Shown one piece after another: positions 21,326-31,831 of a DNA stretch of 64,000 bases. The stretch is from positions 160,001 through 224,000 of the forward strand of contig JAVRCJ020000004.1 in the NCBI GenBank assembly GCA_034530875.2. The letters are read 5' to 3'. The notes beneath the pieces are model-generated. The model made no database searches. It saw nothing but the letters and a program-made list of their open reading frames with translations, and was not told the DNA's origin. The stretch's first letter is position 1. Every line of letters starts with the position of its first letter. The DNA is from Nostoc sp. DedSLP01 (GTDB taxonomy: Bacteria; Cyanobacteriota; Cyanobacteriia; Cyanobacteriales; Nostocaceae). Position numbers and translations under genes: made by a program.

Positions 21326-22786
21326 TCAACTAATCATATTCTCTAAAGCAGTTTGCAAATCTTTAGTTAATTGGCTCGTAGCTTGCTTAGTAGCTTGGCG
21401 TAGTTTACCGCCGTAGGCATCGCCTTGACATTTTTCCCAACGTTCGGTAACCGAAATAGGCTCTCCTACAGTAATTTTTGCCCGTCGCAAACCTAACCTT
21501 GGTCGTCCCGGCAATGTTGTATCTTTAATTCGAGAAAGCATATCAAAAATCAGCAAAGTTGTTTCCGCAAACTTTTCTGCTGTCGGTTTTTCTTTAATAT
21601 AATTAGCCGTAACTGCAACGAAACTTTCTACTATCCGCATGTGTCGCATTCGCAAATCTGCTTCTTGGGCAATCCAGTCTGCCAAACCGCGTTTGAAAGG
21701 TGATAAATTATTAATATCTAGCAAATCTTCGCGGTAAATGTAATTCCAGCCAGCTTCTTCTAAACGCCGACATCGGTCAATGAAACTTCCTTGTGGCTGA
21801 ACTGCAAAATATTGCTCGGCAACTGCTAAAGATTTATCTAGTAGGCGATGCAGTCTGTAAATTAATACTTCATTGGGACTCGCAGATTCATCAATTGAGA
21901 CAGTTTTCGGAATGTCTTGATGATAGAAACGACGATAAAACTCTTCCATTTCTGTAATTAAATATTCACCAAGACGATAAATCCGTTGATAGTAAATTTC
22001 TTCGCGATCGCCTTGAGTAATTTCCATTACAGGTAAACCACTATCAGCTTCTAATTTGCTCAATAACCAATCCAATTTTGACCAAGGTGGTTGGTCATAA
22101 GAATACTGAATGGCGATCGGCAAAATTAAAACTGTCTCGGAACGGTTGGCTTTTTGTAAATCCTCTACACACCAAAACCCCATTTGGGAAACACCAGGTT
22201 CCAATGGGCTAACAATGCCACTATGACCGTTAGTACCGCCTTCTGGTGCCACTGCGATCGGCATTTTACCATTAGCAAACAAGTCCCGCGCTGTTTGAAT
22301 CGCTTGGCGATCTAATCTCCTACCGCGATGAACCGGCACACCCCCCAACCGTGAAAACAACAAACCTAGCCAGTCTCCAGCCCAAACCGTCATACCCCGG
22401 TCATAAATAAAATAGCTGTGAACGAGTTGTTGCAGCTGGATGTTTTTTTGACGCGCAACCTGCGGCACAATATAGGAAAGCAAATACAGCATACAGAGGG
22501 GATCTTCCACTTCTGGGTGGCGAAACGCCAACAAAAAGCGAATTTTTCCAGCTTGGAATTGTTGATAAAGTTCAGCCAATACCTCAACATTCTCAGCTTC
22601 AATTCCGACAATACCAGCTGGCAGCCAAGGTCGAGTTCGGAATCGTAGCACTATTGGCAGTAACCATCGAAAAATGTACAGTATCGATGGGTTAAACCGT
22701 TGAGGAATAAATTTCAGCGGTGGTTGAGTAGACTGAATCGATTTAGGCAAGTCGCTTTCTAGATTGTATTTTTGGCGATTGTACAA
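21326..22786 (-). CDS. Phospholipid/glycerol acyltransferase family protein
   Basis: FRHPEVEDP (Hx4D-like), RLGGVPVHRG, APEGGTNG. Confidence 0.85.
   Translation of the reverse strand: MYNRQKYNLESDLPKSIQSTQPPLKFIPQRFNPSILYIFRWLLPIVLRFRTRPWLPAGIVGIEAENVEVLAELYQQFQAGKIRFLLAFRHPEVEDPLCMLYLLSYIVPQVARQKNIQLQQLVHSYFIYDRGMTVWAGDWLGLLFSRLGGVPVHRGRRLDRQAIQTARDLFANGKMPIAVAPEGGTNGHSGIVSPLEPGVSQMGFWCVEDLQKANRSETVLILPIAIQYSYDQPPWSKLDWLLSKLEADSGLPVMEITQGDREEIYYQRIYRLGEYLITEMEEFYRRFYHQDIPKTVSIDESASPNEVLIYRLHRLLDKSLAVAEQYFAVQPQGSFIDRCRRLEEAGWNYIYREDLLDINNLSPFKRGLADWIAQEADLRMRHMRIVESFVAVTANYIKEKPTAEKFAETTLLIFDMLSRIKDTTLPGRPRLGLRRAKITVGEPISVTERWEKCQGDAYGGKLRQATKQATSQLTKDLQTALENMIS
21398..21423. mobile_element. 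18-nt small dispersed repeat inserted in a HIP1 site
   Basis: GCG-TAGTTTACCGCCGTAGGC-ATCGC; removing the insert restores GCGATCGC and keeps the frame. Confidence 0.65.
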
Positions 22787-22845
22787 TATCTAAGCTAACA
22801 GCGATTTAGAGCAATCCGATCGCTGTTATGAAAATTACTATTTAA

Positions 22846-22958
22846 AGGTATTGCTGAATTGTGGTTTGAATACGCATGTAGAGACGTTGCAATGCAACGT
22901 CTCTACAAAATTGTGGTGTAATACACAATATTTTTTATACATAAAATCAGCAATACCT
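22846..22958. mobile_element. MITE-like element with central palindrome
   Basis: TIRs AGGTATTGCTGA/TCAGCAATACCT; central TGTAGAGACGTTGCA-A-TGCAACGTCTCTACA; related copy at ~62042. Confidence 0.7.
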
Positions 22959-23054
22959 CTTTAAAGGTGGAATTTTAAATTCACTGATGCTGATGGCAAA
23001 GTTTGTAATGTCTGCATTGCCCATTAAAGCAACTGTTAGACTCTGGCGTAACAG

Positions 23055-23127
23055 TGGAGGTTAGCGGACTCGAACCGCTGACATCCTGCTTGCAAAGCAG
23101 GCGCTCTACCAACTGAGCTAAACCCCC
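23055..23127 (-). tRNA. tRNA-Ala(UGC)
   Basis: GGGGGTTTAGCTCAGTTGGTAGAGCGCCTGCTTTGCAAGCAGGATGTCAGCGGTTCGAGTCCGCTAACCTCCA; cloverleaf, anticodon TGC. Confidence 0.97.
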
Positions 23128-23198
23128 GTAAAATTAAAATAGCAGGTAATTTTGTTTGCTCTCGTTATTGTAACTTATATCGTTCAATTACTAAAGGG

Positions 23199-24113
23199 AT
23201 GAAGCCAGAAAATATCCAAGTCGTCGCAACACTCTACAAATTCGTTAAATTGCCAGATTTTGCCGAAAAACGAGAACCTCTCTTATCTTACTGCCAAGCC
23301 CAAGGCATCAAAGGAACTATTTTGCTGGCGGAAGAAGGAATTAACGGTACAATTGCAGGTTCGCGTCAAGCAATTGATTCTGTTCTCTGGTTTGTGCGTT
23401 CTGACCCTCGTCTAGCTGACCTAGAACATAAAGAATCTTATACCCAAACTCCACCTTTTGAGCGTATGAAGGTGCGGTTGAAGCAAGAAATTGTCACTTT
23501 AGGGTTGCCGGAAATTGACCCAAACGAACGAGTCGGGACTTATGTCAGTCCCCAGGAATGGAACGATCTGATTTCTGACCCAGAAGTAACTGTGATTGAC
23601 ACGCGGAATGATTATGAGGTGAGTATTGGCACTTTCCAAGGAGCAGAAAATCCACAAACTGAGTCATTCCGGGAATTTCCCGATTATGTACGCCAGCACC
23701 TCGACCCAGAAAAACACAAAAAAGTCGCTCTGTTTTGTACCGGCGGCATTCGCTGCGAAAAAGCCTCATCGTTTATGCTTGCCCAAGGCTTTGCAGAAGT
23801 CTACCATCTCAAAGGCGGCATTCTCAAATATTTGGAGGAAATTCCAGCCCAAGAAAGTTTCTGGCAAGGTGAATGTTTTGTCTTTGACGAACGCGTAGCC
23901 GTCAGTCACGGGTTAGAGTCAGGAAGTTATGAGTTATGCCTGTGTTGCGGGCATCCAATTTCCGAAGAAGATAAACTCTCTCCCAAATACGAGCAAGGCA
24001 TCTCCTGCGATCGTTGTTTCGATCGCTTAACCGATGAAAAAAGAGCGCGTCAACAAGAAAAATGGCGACATTACCAAAGCCAAATTGCTCATAAAAATAA
24101 AGACGCTAGCTAA
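23199..24113 (+). CDS. trhO: Oxygen-dependent tRNA U34 hydroxylase TrhO (rhodanese-related)
   Basis: [51 protein letters not shown]. Confidence 0.92.
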   Translation: MKPENIQVVATLYKFVKLPDFAEKREPLLSYCQAQGIKGTILLAEEGINGTIAGSRQAIDSVLWFVRSDPRLADLEHKESYTQTPPFERMKVRLKQEIVTLGLPEIDPNERVGTYVSPQEWNDLISDPEVTVIDTRNDYEVSIGTFQGAENPQTESFREFPDYVRQHLDPEKHKKVALFCTGGIRCEKASSFMLAQGFAEVYHLKGGILKYLEEIPAQESFWQGECFVFDERVAVSHGLESGSYELCLCCGHPISEEDKLSPKYEQGISCDRCFDRLTDEKRARQQEKWRHYQSQIAHKNKDAS

Positions 24114-24146
24114 TAAATTAGCAAACAGCAAGTACTGAGTTAGGAG

Positions 24147-24500
24147 TTAGGAATTTTCCCCAAAAAGCTCTTCCCTTCTGCCCTCTGCCCTCTGCCTCCT
24201 GCCTTCTGCCTCCTGCCTTCTGCCTCCTGCCTCCTCTGCCCCTCCGCCCCCTTGCCCCACTAAACTATTAGGTATTCTCAATCTGGCATAATCGCCGCTT
24301 AGTTGAACCTTTGATGGTGGTTTGTGTAGCATTACACAGCATCTATGAACTGCGGTTTGGTACTCTCGCCATTGCTTACGAATTGCTTTACTTCCAGCAT
24401 CATCACCTAAGTCTGAAAATCTTAGCCCTGCGCGAATCAGCCAAGTTTCTACGTCTGTTGTTTCACCAACAATTTCCGGAATGGGATTAATATTATCCAT
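24147..24500 (-). CDS. Hypothetical protein with C-terminus running into STRR repeats
   Basis: ATG start; ~80 aa of protein-like sequence, then a repeat-encoded tail. Confidence 0.4.
   Translation of the reverse strand: MDNINPIPEIVGETTDVETWLIRAGLRFSDLGDDAGSKAIRKQWREYQTAVHRCCVMLHKPPSKVQLSGDYARLRIPNSLVGQGGGGAEEAGGRRQEAEGRRQRAEGRREELFGENS
24177..24250. repeat. STRR heptamer array (CTGCCYY)n
   Basis: Tandem ctgccct/ctgcctc/ctgcctt units. Confidence 0.85.
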
Positions 24501-24616
24501 GAGTTATATCTGATACAAGCATTAAAAATTTCTAGTTTTACTGTAAGAGAAACTATCAATAATAACCAATACTTTTTTTTTTCAAAATCATAAATATAAA
24601 TGATTAATAAAAAGAT

Positions 24617-24646
24617 TCAGGTCTGAGTGTAGACACTCAGACCTGA
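24617..24646. repeat. Perfect hairpin
   Basis: TCAGGTCTGAGTGT-AG-ACACTCAGACCTGA. Confidence 0.7.
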
Positions 24647-24734
24647 TACCAATTCAAAATTCAAAATTAATAAATCTTTATTTGACGAGGCTTTCTGGAT
24701 TTAGATCTGTTTCAAACTTTTAGTGAATTGGTAT
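24646..24734. mobile_element. MITE-like element
   Basis: Perfect 11-nt TIRs ATACCAATTCA/TGAATTGGTAT. Confidence 0.55.
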
Positions 24735-24749
24735 GAGAGGATAAATTAC

Positions 24750-24912
24750 TAGGACTTACGCACTCAGATCCCCCAACCCCCTTAAAAAGGGGAGCCACTG
24801 CATTGGGCGGGTTCCCCGACTTGTAGCAAGTGGCGTGGCTTTAGAAGTTCCCCCCAATTTATCGGGGGGTAGTGGGGGGATCTAGGTTTCAGGCTTCAGT
24901 GCGTAAGTTCTA
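24750..24912. mobile_element. MITE-like element carrying a nested small repeat
   Basis: TIRs TAGGACTTACGCACT/AGTGCGTAAGTTCTA; nested GAGCCACTGC...CCCCGACTTGTAGCAAGTGGCGT (24792-24836) also seen at 53296. Confidence 0.7.
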
Positions 24913-24973
24913 ATTACGATCGCTCTTATTCAAATATCATCAGCAATAGCTGATTCGGCAGCTATTGCGATCG

Positions 24974-25486
24974 TTAGAAGCGATAGCCCAATCCTGCTTG
25001 GAAACTGACAGCATCAGCATCACTATTTCTGTAGGCGTCAATGCCCCATTTCGTATCACCGTAGGCGATGACGTTGTTGGTAACTTGCGATTCAACACCA
25101 AGGGTAACTACAGGCGCATTCTCGTTACCCAATGGGCTATTTTGACCTTGGTCAGTTACGAAAGAATAACCGCCACCCAAGTAAACGTTAGTGTTTTTCG
25201 CAATGGGTGCATCGTAAGTTACTATGGGCATAATGGCAGCAGCATCACCGCCATACAACACAGAACCCCGCACTGAAAAAGGTGTTTGAGGAACAACGTA
25301 ACGTCCTTGAACGTTCCCGCCAACTTGCGAGCCATCGTTTCCTTGTCCGCCACTAGTTGCACCAACCGCAATACCAGCACCTATATAATTAGCGTTAGTA
25401 CCTGCTGTTTGAGCAGAAGCAATCCCACCTGAAAGAATAATGGAAGCAACAGCGAGGACAGAGGCAGTTAATTTTGTTAATTTCAT
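24974..25486 (-). CDS. Small outer-membrane beta-barrel protein
   Basis: Signal peptide ...IASAQ, NYIGAG, amphipathic strands, terminal GLGYRF. Confidence 0.85.
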   Translation of the reverse strand: MKLTKLTASVLAVASIILSGGIASAQTAGTNANYIGAGIAVGATSGGQGNDGSQVGGNVQGRYVVPQTPFSVRGSVLYGGDAAAIMPIVTYDAPIAKNTNVYLGGGYSFVTDQGQNSPLGNENAPVVTLGVESQVTNNVIAYGDTKWGIDAYRNSDADAVSFQAGLGYRF

Positions 25487-25648
25487 AAGATTCTGCTTAC
25501 TAGATTTAGGTAAATTCAATATTCTCTAGTACTAGAATCTCTTTTTTTACAAAATGTAACCTCCCACACTCGGTTCACCTTACTGGTTGAATCGTTTTTC
25601 ACCCAGTAAGGTGATACGAATCTCGCTTGAGAATTCAACTCTCGCGTA

Positions 25649-27253
25649 CTATTTTTTCAAAAAGCGTTGGCGCAGACGAACCACAAAAGTATTTACCTCT
25701 GGTATTTTCATCCATGAAGCGATCGCCGCAAATACCCCAATTCCCACGCAGCCAGATAGGCACAACTCCAACAGCAGAATCAGGAAACCTGTTTTACCTA
25801 AAAATTGTTGAGAAGCAACCAAAGTGCCATAGCTGGCTCCACCAGCTACTACACTAGCAGCAGTTAGACCGATAATCGGTAAACTCCACTCGCGCCAAGG
25901 TAAACCATTGAGTTTGCGATCGAGTAACCACAACAGCATCAATACTGAGCCGCAATTTACACCCACTGTTGCTAACACCAAACCGGGAGCGCCAAAGGGT
26001 TTAACGAAAAACCAATCTAGTAGAGCGTTTAGCAAGATATTAAAAGTACTGACGCGAAAAGGTGTCTGTCCATCTCCTAAAGCATAAAAAACTCGCACCA
26101 AGACATCACGCGCTAAATAAACAAACATCCCAATTCCATAAGCTACTAGCAACGATGAAACTAGTTGTGTGGCTTCCGGCTTGAAAGCACCGCGCTCGTA
26201 TACTACCCGAACAATGGGTACAGATAGCGCCACCATCAAAGCTCCTAGCGGTAGCATAGTGAAGGCAGTAAGTAGAAGTCCTTGGCGAATGCGTAATTTT
26301 AAATCGTGCCAATTTTCGGGGCCAGCAAGTTTGGCAAATATTGGTAATAAAGGCAGCAAAATGATATTTGAAATAATTCCTAAAGGAGTTTGTACTAACA
26401 GATTTGCATAGTTAAATCCTGCCGCCGCACCAGGGATGGGACTAGCAAAATATAGGTCAGTAGCGACATTAATTGGCATCATTCCCGAGGAAATTGTTGC
26501 CGGGGTCATAATTTTGATTACTTCTTGGACGCCAGGAGCTTTAAAATCAAACCGCAGGCGTAATGTACCTAGTCCTAATCGCCATTGAACAACTAGCTGC
26601 ACCAACCACTGGAGAACTGCCCCTGCTAAGGTTCCCCAAGCTAAGACCATACCACCAATGAAGGCATACTCTGGCTTGATAATGTCCTTACCTAGTTGCA
26701 AAGCCAAGATACCAAGACCAGCAACAACGGTAATGCTTGATAATAAAGGACTAATTGAAAGCAACCAATATTGATTAGCGGCATTGAGAGTACCGAAGCC
26801 AATACCAATTAATCCCGAAAATAAAGCCATTGGTGCCATAATGCGGATTTGTTGAATAGCGATCGCTCTGGTTGTGGGATCCAAGCCATGACCGACTAAA
26901 TCAACAATCTCATCTGCCAAGAAAATTTGCGCAACTGTTACCAATAACAGCAATCCACCCACCAGGGTTGTTACCGTTTCCACCAAGGAAGCAGCTTCTT
27001 GTTGCTTGCGCTTGGCTAAAACACTGACAACTGCACTGTGTAATGGGCCATTCACACCACCTAGTAATATCAATAGAAAGCCAGGGATAATATAAGCGTA
27101 ACTGTAGGCAGTGGCAGCCGCGCCAACACCAAATGCAGCAGCGATCGCTTGTTGGCGAACTAAACCAAAGACTTTACTAATTAATGTAGCAATGGCAACA
27201 ATGCCAGCAATTCCAGCGAAAGAACGAGAGGGTTTTTGGTCTTGTTGTGTCAC
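25649..27253 (-). CDS. murJ: Lipid II flippase MurJ
   Basis: ISKVFGLVRQ..IAAAFGVG, VYERGAF, RVFYALGDGQTPF. Confidence 0.95.
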   Translation of the reverse strand: MTQQDQKPSRSFAGIAGIVAIATLISKVFGLVRQQAIAAAFGVGAAATAYSYAYIIPGFLLILLGGVNGPLHSAVVSVLAKRKQQEAASLVETVTTLVGGLLLLVTVAQIFLADEIVDLVGHGLDPTTRAIAIQQIRIMAPMALFSGLIGIGFGTLNAANQYWLLSISPLLSSITVVAGLGILALQLGKDIIKPEYAFIGGMVLAWGTLAGAVLQWLVQLVVQWRLGLGTLRLRFDFKAPGVQEVIKIMTPATISSGMMPINVATDLYFASPIPGAAAGFNYANLLVQTPLGIISNIILLPLLPIFAKLAGPENWHDLKLRIRQGLLLTAFTMLPLGALMVALSVPIVRVVYERGAFKPEATQLVSSLLVAYGIGMFVYLARDVLVRVFYALGDGQTPFRVSTFNILLNALLDWFFVKPFGAPGLVLATVGVNCGSVLMLLWLLDRKLNGLPWREWSLPIIGLTAASVVAGGASYGTLVASQQFLGKTGFLILLLELCLSGCVGIGVFAAIASWMKIPEVNTFVVRLRQRFLKK

Positions 27254-27883
27254 GAAGAATACCTGAATACTCTTTGAGAAGTGTATATCTCAAAACATTT
27301 AACCTGAATTTTAAAGTCTGTCAGGCAAATTTTGATAAGTCAGTCATTAGTCTAACGGCAATCGGTCGAATGCGTAGACACTGCATCGCCATGTCACCAA
27401 ATGGATGCACTACAAAGCAATCTGGAAAAATTACAAGCATATTTCATCAAACAAATAAAAGTCACTGTCAGCCTACAGACCTGTGCGTGCGTTGAAAAAC
27501 GCTATGATTTGACGCCAAAGCGTATTTAGACATTCCAATAAATTAGCTACCAATCAACCATAAAGCTGTTACGCGTTTTTTTAATTGCGCTCTGAATAAT
27601 AAAAGCTATTATTTTGCTTTACAAACTGCGATCGCCAATGAGCAATTATTGTAAAGACTTGGATTAGTCGCGTCTCTATGACCGACGATCGATGGCTTGA
27701 TAACCGATTGTTGACAAGTTGTGAAGATAGGTCAAGAACGGGGAACTATAACAGTAACTATCTTCATTTACAAGAATCGGAGACTTCAAAAATAAGTTAG
27801 TCAGATTAAAGAGCTTGATAGCGTTCAACCAGACGAAGTTTAGCATCAACAATTTTGTAGAAAAATCTCTAAAATCAATAGCG

Positions 27884-30800
27884 ATGGAACTCAATTCAGC
27901 TTTAACAGAAAATCAACTTCTATTGTCAAGCGCTCAACTTCAAGAGCAACTAGAAAAACAAAAGGCTCTGGCGAGTGTGATTGTAAGAATTCGGGAGTCT
28001 CTTGAGTTAAAGACGATTTTTCAAACTACAGTTACAGAAGTGCGTCAGTTGCTCAATGCCGATCGAGTAGGAGTCTTCCAATTCGATCCTGAAAAAGATT
28101 GGGAAGGAGAATTTGTTTCTGAGGATGTTGCAGCTGGTTGGACTTCAGCAATGGCAGTTAAAGTTTACGACCACTGCTTTGGAGAACATTTTGCTGTTAG
28201 TTATCAACAAGGAAAAGTCCAAGCAGTTGCTGATATTTATGATGCACAACTCAGTGATTGTCATAGAGAAATTTTACGTCAATTTCAGATTCGCGCTAAC
28301 CTCATTGTTCCCTTATTACGAGAGAAGAAATTATGGGGACTACTTTGCATTCATCAATGCAGTGAGGCTCGGAATTGGAAAGAATCAGAAATTGAATTTA
28401 TTCGCCAAATTGCTGACCATTTAACAGTTGCCATTCAACAAGTCAAGCATCTCCATGAAGTCGAATTACAAGCGACAAAGTTAGCTCAAGCAGCCCAACG
28501 CGATCGAGTAATTGCTCAGCTTGTTGATACAATTCGTTCGCCCTTGGATCTTGACACTATCTTTAAAACCACAACTGAAGAAATACGCAAACTGCTGCAA
28601 GCCGACCGAGTTGCGATTTTTTGTTTCCATGCTGATTGGAGCGGTAGCTTTGTCGCTGAATCATTTGGACAAGAGTGGACTCCCTTAGTTGGTATTCAAG
28701 GAGCGATCGCTGATACTTATTTACAGCAAACTCAAGGCGGACGCTACCTTAAAAATGAGACATTTTCAGTCGATAATATTTATCAAGCAGGATTAACAGA
28801 TTGCCATGTCACTTTGTTAGAGCAATTTCAAGCAAAAGCCTTTACAACTGCCCCAATTCTTCAAGGAGAAAAACTCTGGGGAATTATTGCTGCTTATCAA
28901 AATGCCTCACCTAGACAATGGCAATCCTATGAAGTCGAATCGCTCACCAAAATTGGCAGACAAATTGGTGTCATCCTGCGACATCACGAGTTGTTAGCAC
29001 AAGCTCAATATCAAGCAGAACAGCAAAAAACATTAACCAGCGTCATTACTCGTATTCGTAAATCGCTGGATTTAGACACAATCTTTCAAACTTCTGTCAC
29101 TGAAGTCCGGCAAATGCTACAAACAGACAGAGTAGCAGTCTTTCGTTTTGACCCTCAAAAAGACTGGGAAGGAGAATTTATTTCTGAGGATGTTGTCAGT
29201 GGATGGGACTCAGTAATCGCTGCAAAAGTATACGACCACTGCTTTGGCGAAAAGTTTGCTATTAATTACCAACAAGGTCGCGTACAAGCAGTAGCAGATA
29301 TTCATGAAGCGGGATTAAGTGAATGTCATGTAGTAATTCTCGACAAATTTCAAGTGCGTGCTAATTTGGTTGTTCCTTTATTGAAGCAAGGCGAATTATG
29401 GGGATTATTGTGCGTTCATCAATGCAGCAATCCTCGAACTTGGCAGCCTTCAGAAATTGAATTTGTCAGCCAAATTGCAGAAAATTTAGGGGTTGCTTTA
29501 CAACATAACAAACTCTTACATGAAGCTCGATATCAAGCAGAGCAACAAAAGATATTAACTAGCGTGATTGCTCGAATTCGTGAATCTTTAGATTTAGATA
29601 CTATTTTTCAAACTTCTGTTACCGAAATGCGGCAACTACTCAAAGCAGAGCGAGTAGGGGTGTTCCGTTTTAATTCTCAAAAAGACTGGGAAGGAGAATT
29701 TATTTATGAAGATGTAGCTGATGGTTGGAGTTCGGCAATAGCAGAAAATGTTTACGACCACTGTTTTAGCGAATATTTTGCACCGCTTTATGCCCAAGGT
29801 CGAGTAAATGCGATCGCTGATATTTATCAACACGATTTCCAAAACTGTTACATAGAAATTCTAGAAAGATTTCAAGTGCGTGCAAATATGGTTGCTCCGC
29901 TTTTGAAAGAAGGCGAGCTTTGGGGATTGCTATGCGTTCACCAATGTAATGCCCCTCGTCAATGGCAACAGTCAGAAATCGAATTTGCAGCTCAAATTGC
30001 CGAACAATTAGGAGTAGCATTAAAACAAGATTCCTATCTCAAACAAGTTCAAATGCAAGCTGTTCAGTTAGCAGAAGCTACCGAACGAGAAAAAGCAATG
30101 GAACGGCAAGAATTATTAGCTGCTACTATTGATAAAATACGTCAATCCCTTGATATTCAAACTATTTTTAAAACAACTACCCAAGCTGTGCGAGAGTTGC
30201 TGGAGGTAGAGCGAATTGCAATTTATCGCTTTAACTCAGATTGGAGTGGTAAATTTGTTGCAGATTCCTTCAAAGATGGTTGGAAACCTGTTGTCAAAAC
30301 TCAACCATTGATTATCCAAACCTTTGAAGATACAGATGATGATAATGAACTTCCACGCAACGAAACTTTCGTTCCCATTCGTCAAGGCGAAAAATTATGG
30401 GGGTTGTTAGTTGCTTATCAAAATTCTCAACCGCGTTATTGGAAAGAAGAAGAAATTAATCTCTTAGCTCAAGTGGGAGTGCAATTAGGAATTGCAATTC
30501 AGCAAGCAGAATTACTCGAGCAAACTAAACGTCAAACTTCAGAACTCACTCAAGCTCTGCAAGAATTAAAACAAACTCAAAGCCGATTGATTCAGGGTGA
30601 GAAAATGGCTGGTTTAGGACAATTGCTAGCCGGAGTTGCTCATGAAATCAACAACCCGATTAATTTCATTTTTGGCAATCTTATACATTTAAAGGAATAT
30701 ACTCAAGAACTGTTGAATGTTGTAAAACTTTATCGGGAGGTTCCAGATGTGCAAAAGAAAATTGAAAAGACGGATTTAGATTTTATTATCGAAGATTTGC

Positions 30801-31411
30801 CGAAAACAGTTGACTCGATGCAGGTAGGAGCCGAACGAATTTATGAAATTGTGCTATCGCTGCGAAACTTCTCTCGTACAGATGAGGCAGAATTGAGAGC
30901 TGTAGACGTTCATGAAGGATTAAATGGTACTTTGCTGATTTTAGGGAGTAGACTGAAAAATAATAGCGATCGCCCAGCTATTGAAATTGTTAAAGAATAT
31001 AGTACCTTGCCTTTACTTGAATGCTATCCCGCACAATTAAATCAGGTATTTATGAATCTTCTGAGTAACAGTATTGATGCATTGGAGGAGAAATTTAAAA
31101 CTATACAGCAAAAATATTTAGAATTAGGAGAAAAATCTCCCAAAATTCCCTTAACTATTTGGATTAGTACCCAAATAGTGAACGATCGAGTTCAAATTAG
31201 AATAGCTGATAATGGTCTAGGTATGCCAGAGGAAGTGCGATCGCACATTTTCGATCCATTTTTCACTACAAAAGAACCAGGTAAAGGTACAGGCTTAGGA
31301 TTGTCTATCAGCTATCAAATTGTGGTTGAAAAACATCATGGTGAAATAAAATGTTTGTCTAAAGCAGGAGAAGGAACAGAATTTTTAATTAAAATTCCTA
31401 CTGTTAATTAA
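27884..31411 (+). CDS. Multi-GAF cyanobacteriochrome sensor histidine kinase
   Basis: 5 GAFs (three DHCF, one DTYLQ..QGGRY, one internally deleted); H-box [38 protein letters not shown]. Confidence 0.93.
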   Translation: MELNSALTENQLLLSSAQLQEQLEKQKALASVIVRIRESLELKTIFQTTVTEVRQLLNADRVGVFQFDPEKDWEGEFVSEDVAAGWTSAMAVKVYDHCFGEHFAVSYQQGKVQAVADIYDAQLSDCHREILRQFQIRANLIVPLLREKKLWGLLCIHQCSEARNWKESEIEFIRQIADHLTVAIQQVKHLHEVELQATKLAQAAQRDRVIAQLVDTIRSPLDLDTIFKTTTEEIRKLLQADRVAIFCFHADWSGSFVAESFGQEWTPLVGIQGAIADTYLQQTQGGRYLKNETFSVDNIYQAGLTDCHVTLLEQFQAKAFTTAPILQGEKLWGIIAAYQNASPRQWQSYEVESLTKIGRQIGVILRHHELLAQAQYQAEQQKTLTSVITRIRKSLDLDTIFQTSVTEVRQMLQTDRVAVFRFDPQKDWEGEFISEDVVSGWDSVIAAKVYDHCFGEKFAINYQQGRVQAVADIHEAGLSECHVVILDKFQVRANLVVPLLKQGELWGLLCVHQCSNPRTWQPSEIEFVSQIAENLGVALQHNKLLHEARYQAEQQKILTSVIARIRESLDLDTIFQTSVTEMRQLLKAERVGVFRFNSQKDWEGEFIYEDVADGWSSAIAENVYDHCFSEYFAPLYAQGRVNAIADIYQHDFQNCYIEILERFQVRANMVAPLLKEGELWGLLCVHQCNAPRQWQQSEIEFAAQIAEQLGVALKQDSYLKQVQMQAVQLAEATEREKAMERQELLAATIDKIRQSLDIQTIFKTTTQAVRELLEVERIAIYRFNSDWSGKFVADSFKDGWKPVVKTQPLIIQTFEDTDDDNELPRNETFVPIRQGEKLWGLLVAYQNSQPRYWKEEEINLLAQVGVQLGIAIQQAELLEQTKRQTSELTQALQELKQTQSRLIQGEKMAGLGQLLAGVAHEINNPINFIFGNLIHLKEYTQELLNVVKLYREVPDVQKKIEKTDLDFIIEDLPKTVDSMQVGAERIYEIVLSLRNFSRTDEAELRAVDVHEGLNGTLLILGSRLKNNSDRPAIEIVKEYSTLPLLECYPAQLNQVFMNLLSNSIDALEEKFKTIQQKYLELGEKSPKIPLTIWISTQIVNDRVQIRIADNGLGMPEEVRSHIFDPFFTTKEPGKGTGLGLSISYQIVVEKHHGEIKCLSKAGEGTEFLIKIPTVN

Positions 31412-31725
31412 AGTTCGCTCTTTCGGTAAACTTGCAAACGCAAATTATCAAAACAGAATACATACGCTACTTCGCCAAAATTCAGTATGAATTGGAGTGC
31501 GACTGGCGGATAGCCAAGCTAAGCCGTGTCCGCCTCAATGGCCAATTGATATAGCAAGAAGCAGGAGGCAGGAGGTAAAAGTATTACTATTCCTGGTATT
31601 CGAGCTTTTAAAATGTCCTAACATATCTGGCTACGGCTATATTTCTGCCATATCCAAACTAACCCCAAGCTTCTTTTCAAGACTATCAAACAGGGTAGGC
31701 ATACTCCTACGGAGAAGCAAGCTAC

Positions 31726-31756
31726 GCGATAGCGTCTCTGAAACAGAAGGCATCGC
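31726..31756. mobile_element. Possible second HIP1-splitting small repeat
   Basis: GCG-ATAGCGTCTCTGAAACAGAAGGC-ATCGC; same AGGC-ATCGC right end as 21398. Confidence 0.45.
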
Positions 31757-31831
31757 TCCCAAAGTCATTAGTCATTGGGAGCGCTGACTGTTGACTGCTG
31801 ACTGAGGAGTTATTATTCTCTCCCTACCTCC

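Noticed and set aside
15170..23127. tRNA-anchored integrative element containing the ParA/STAND block
   Set aside because: No integrase and no duplicated tRNA 3' end (att) found; a HIP1-rich acyltransferase gene lies between
31497..31787. 96-aa ORF between the kinase and YdcF genes
   Set aside because: Spans small dispersed repeats; no protein-like features
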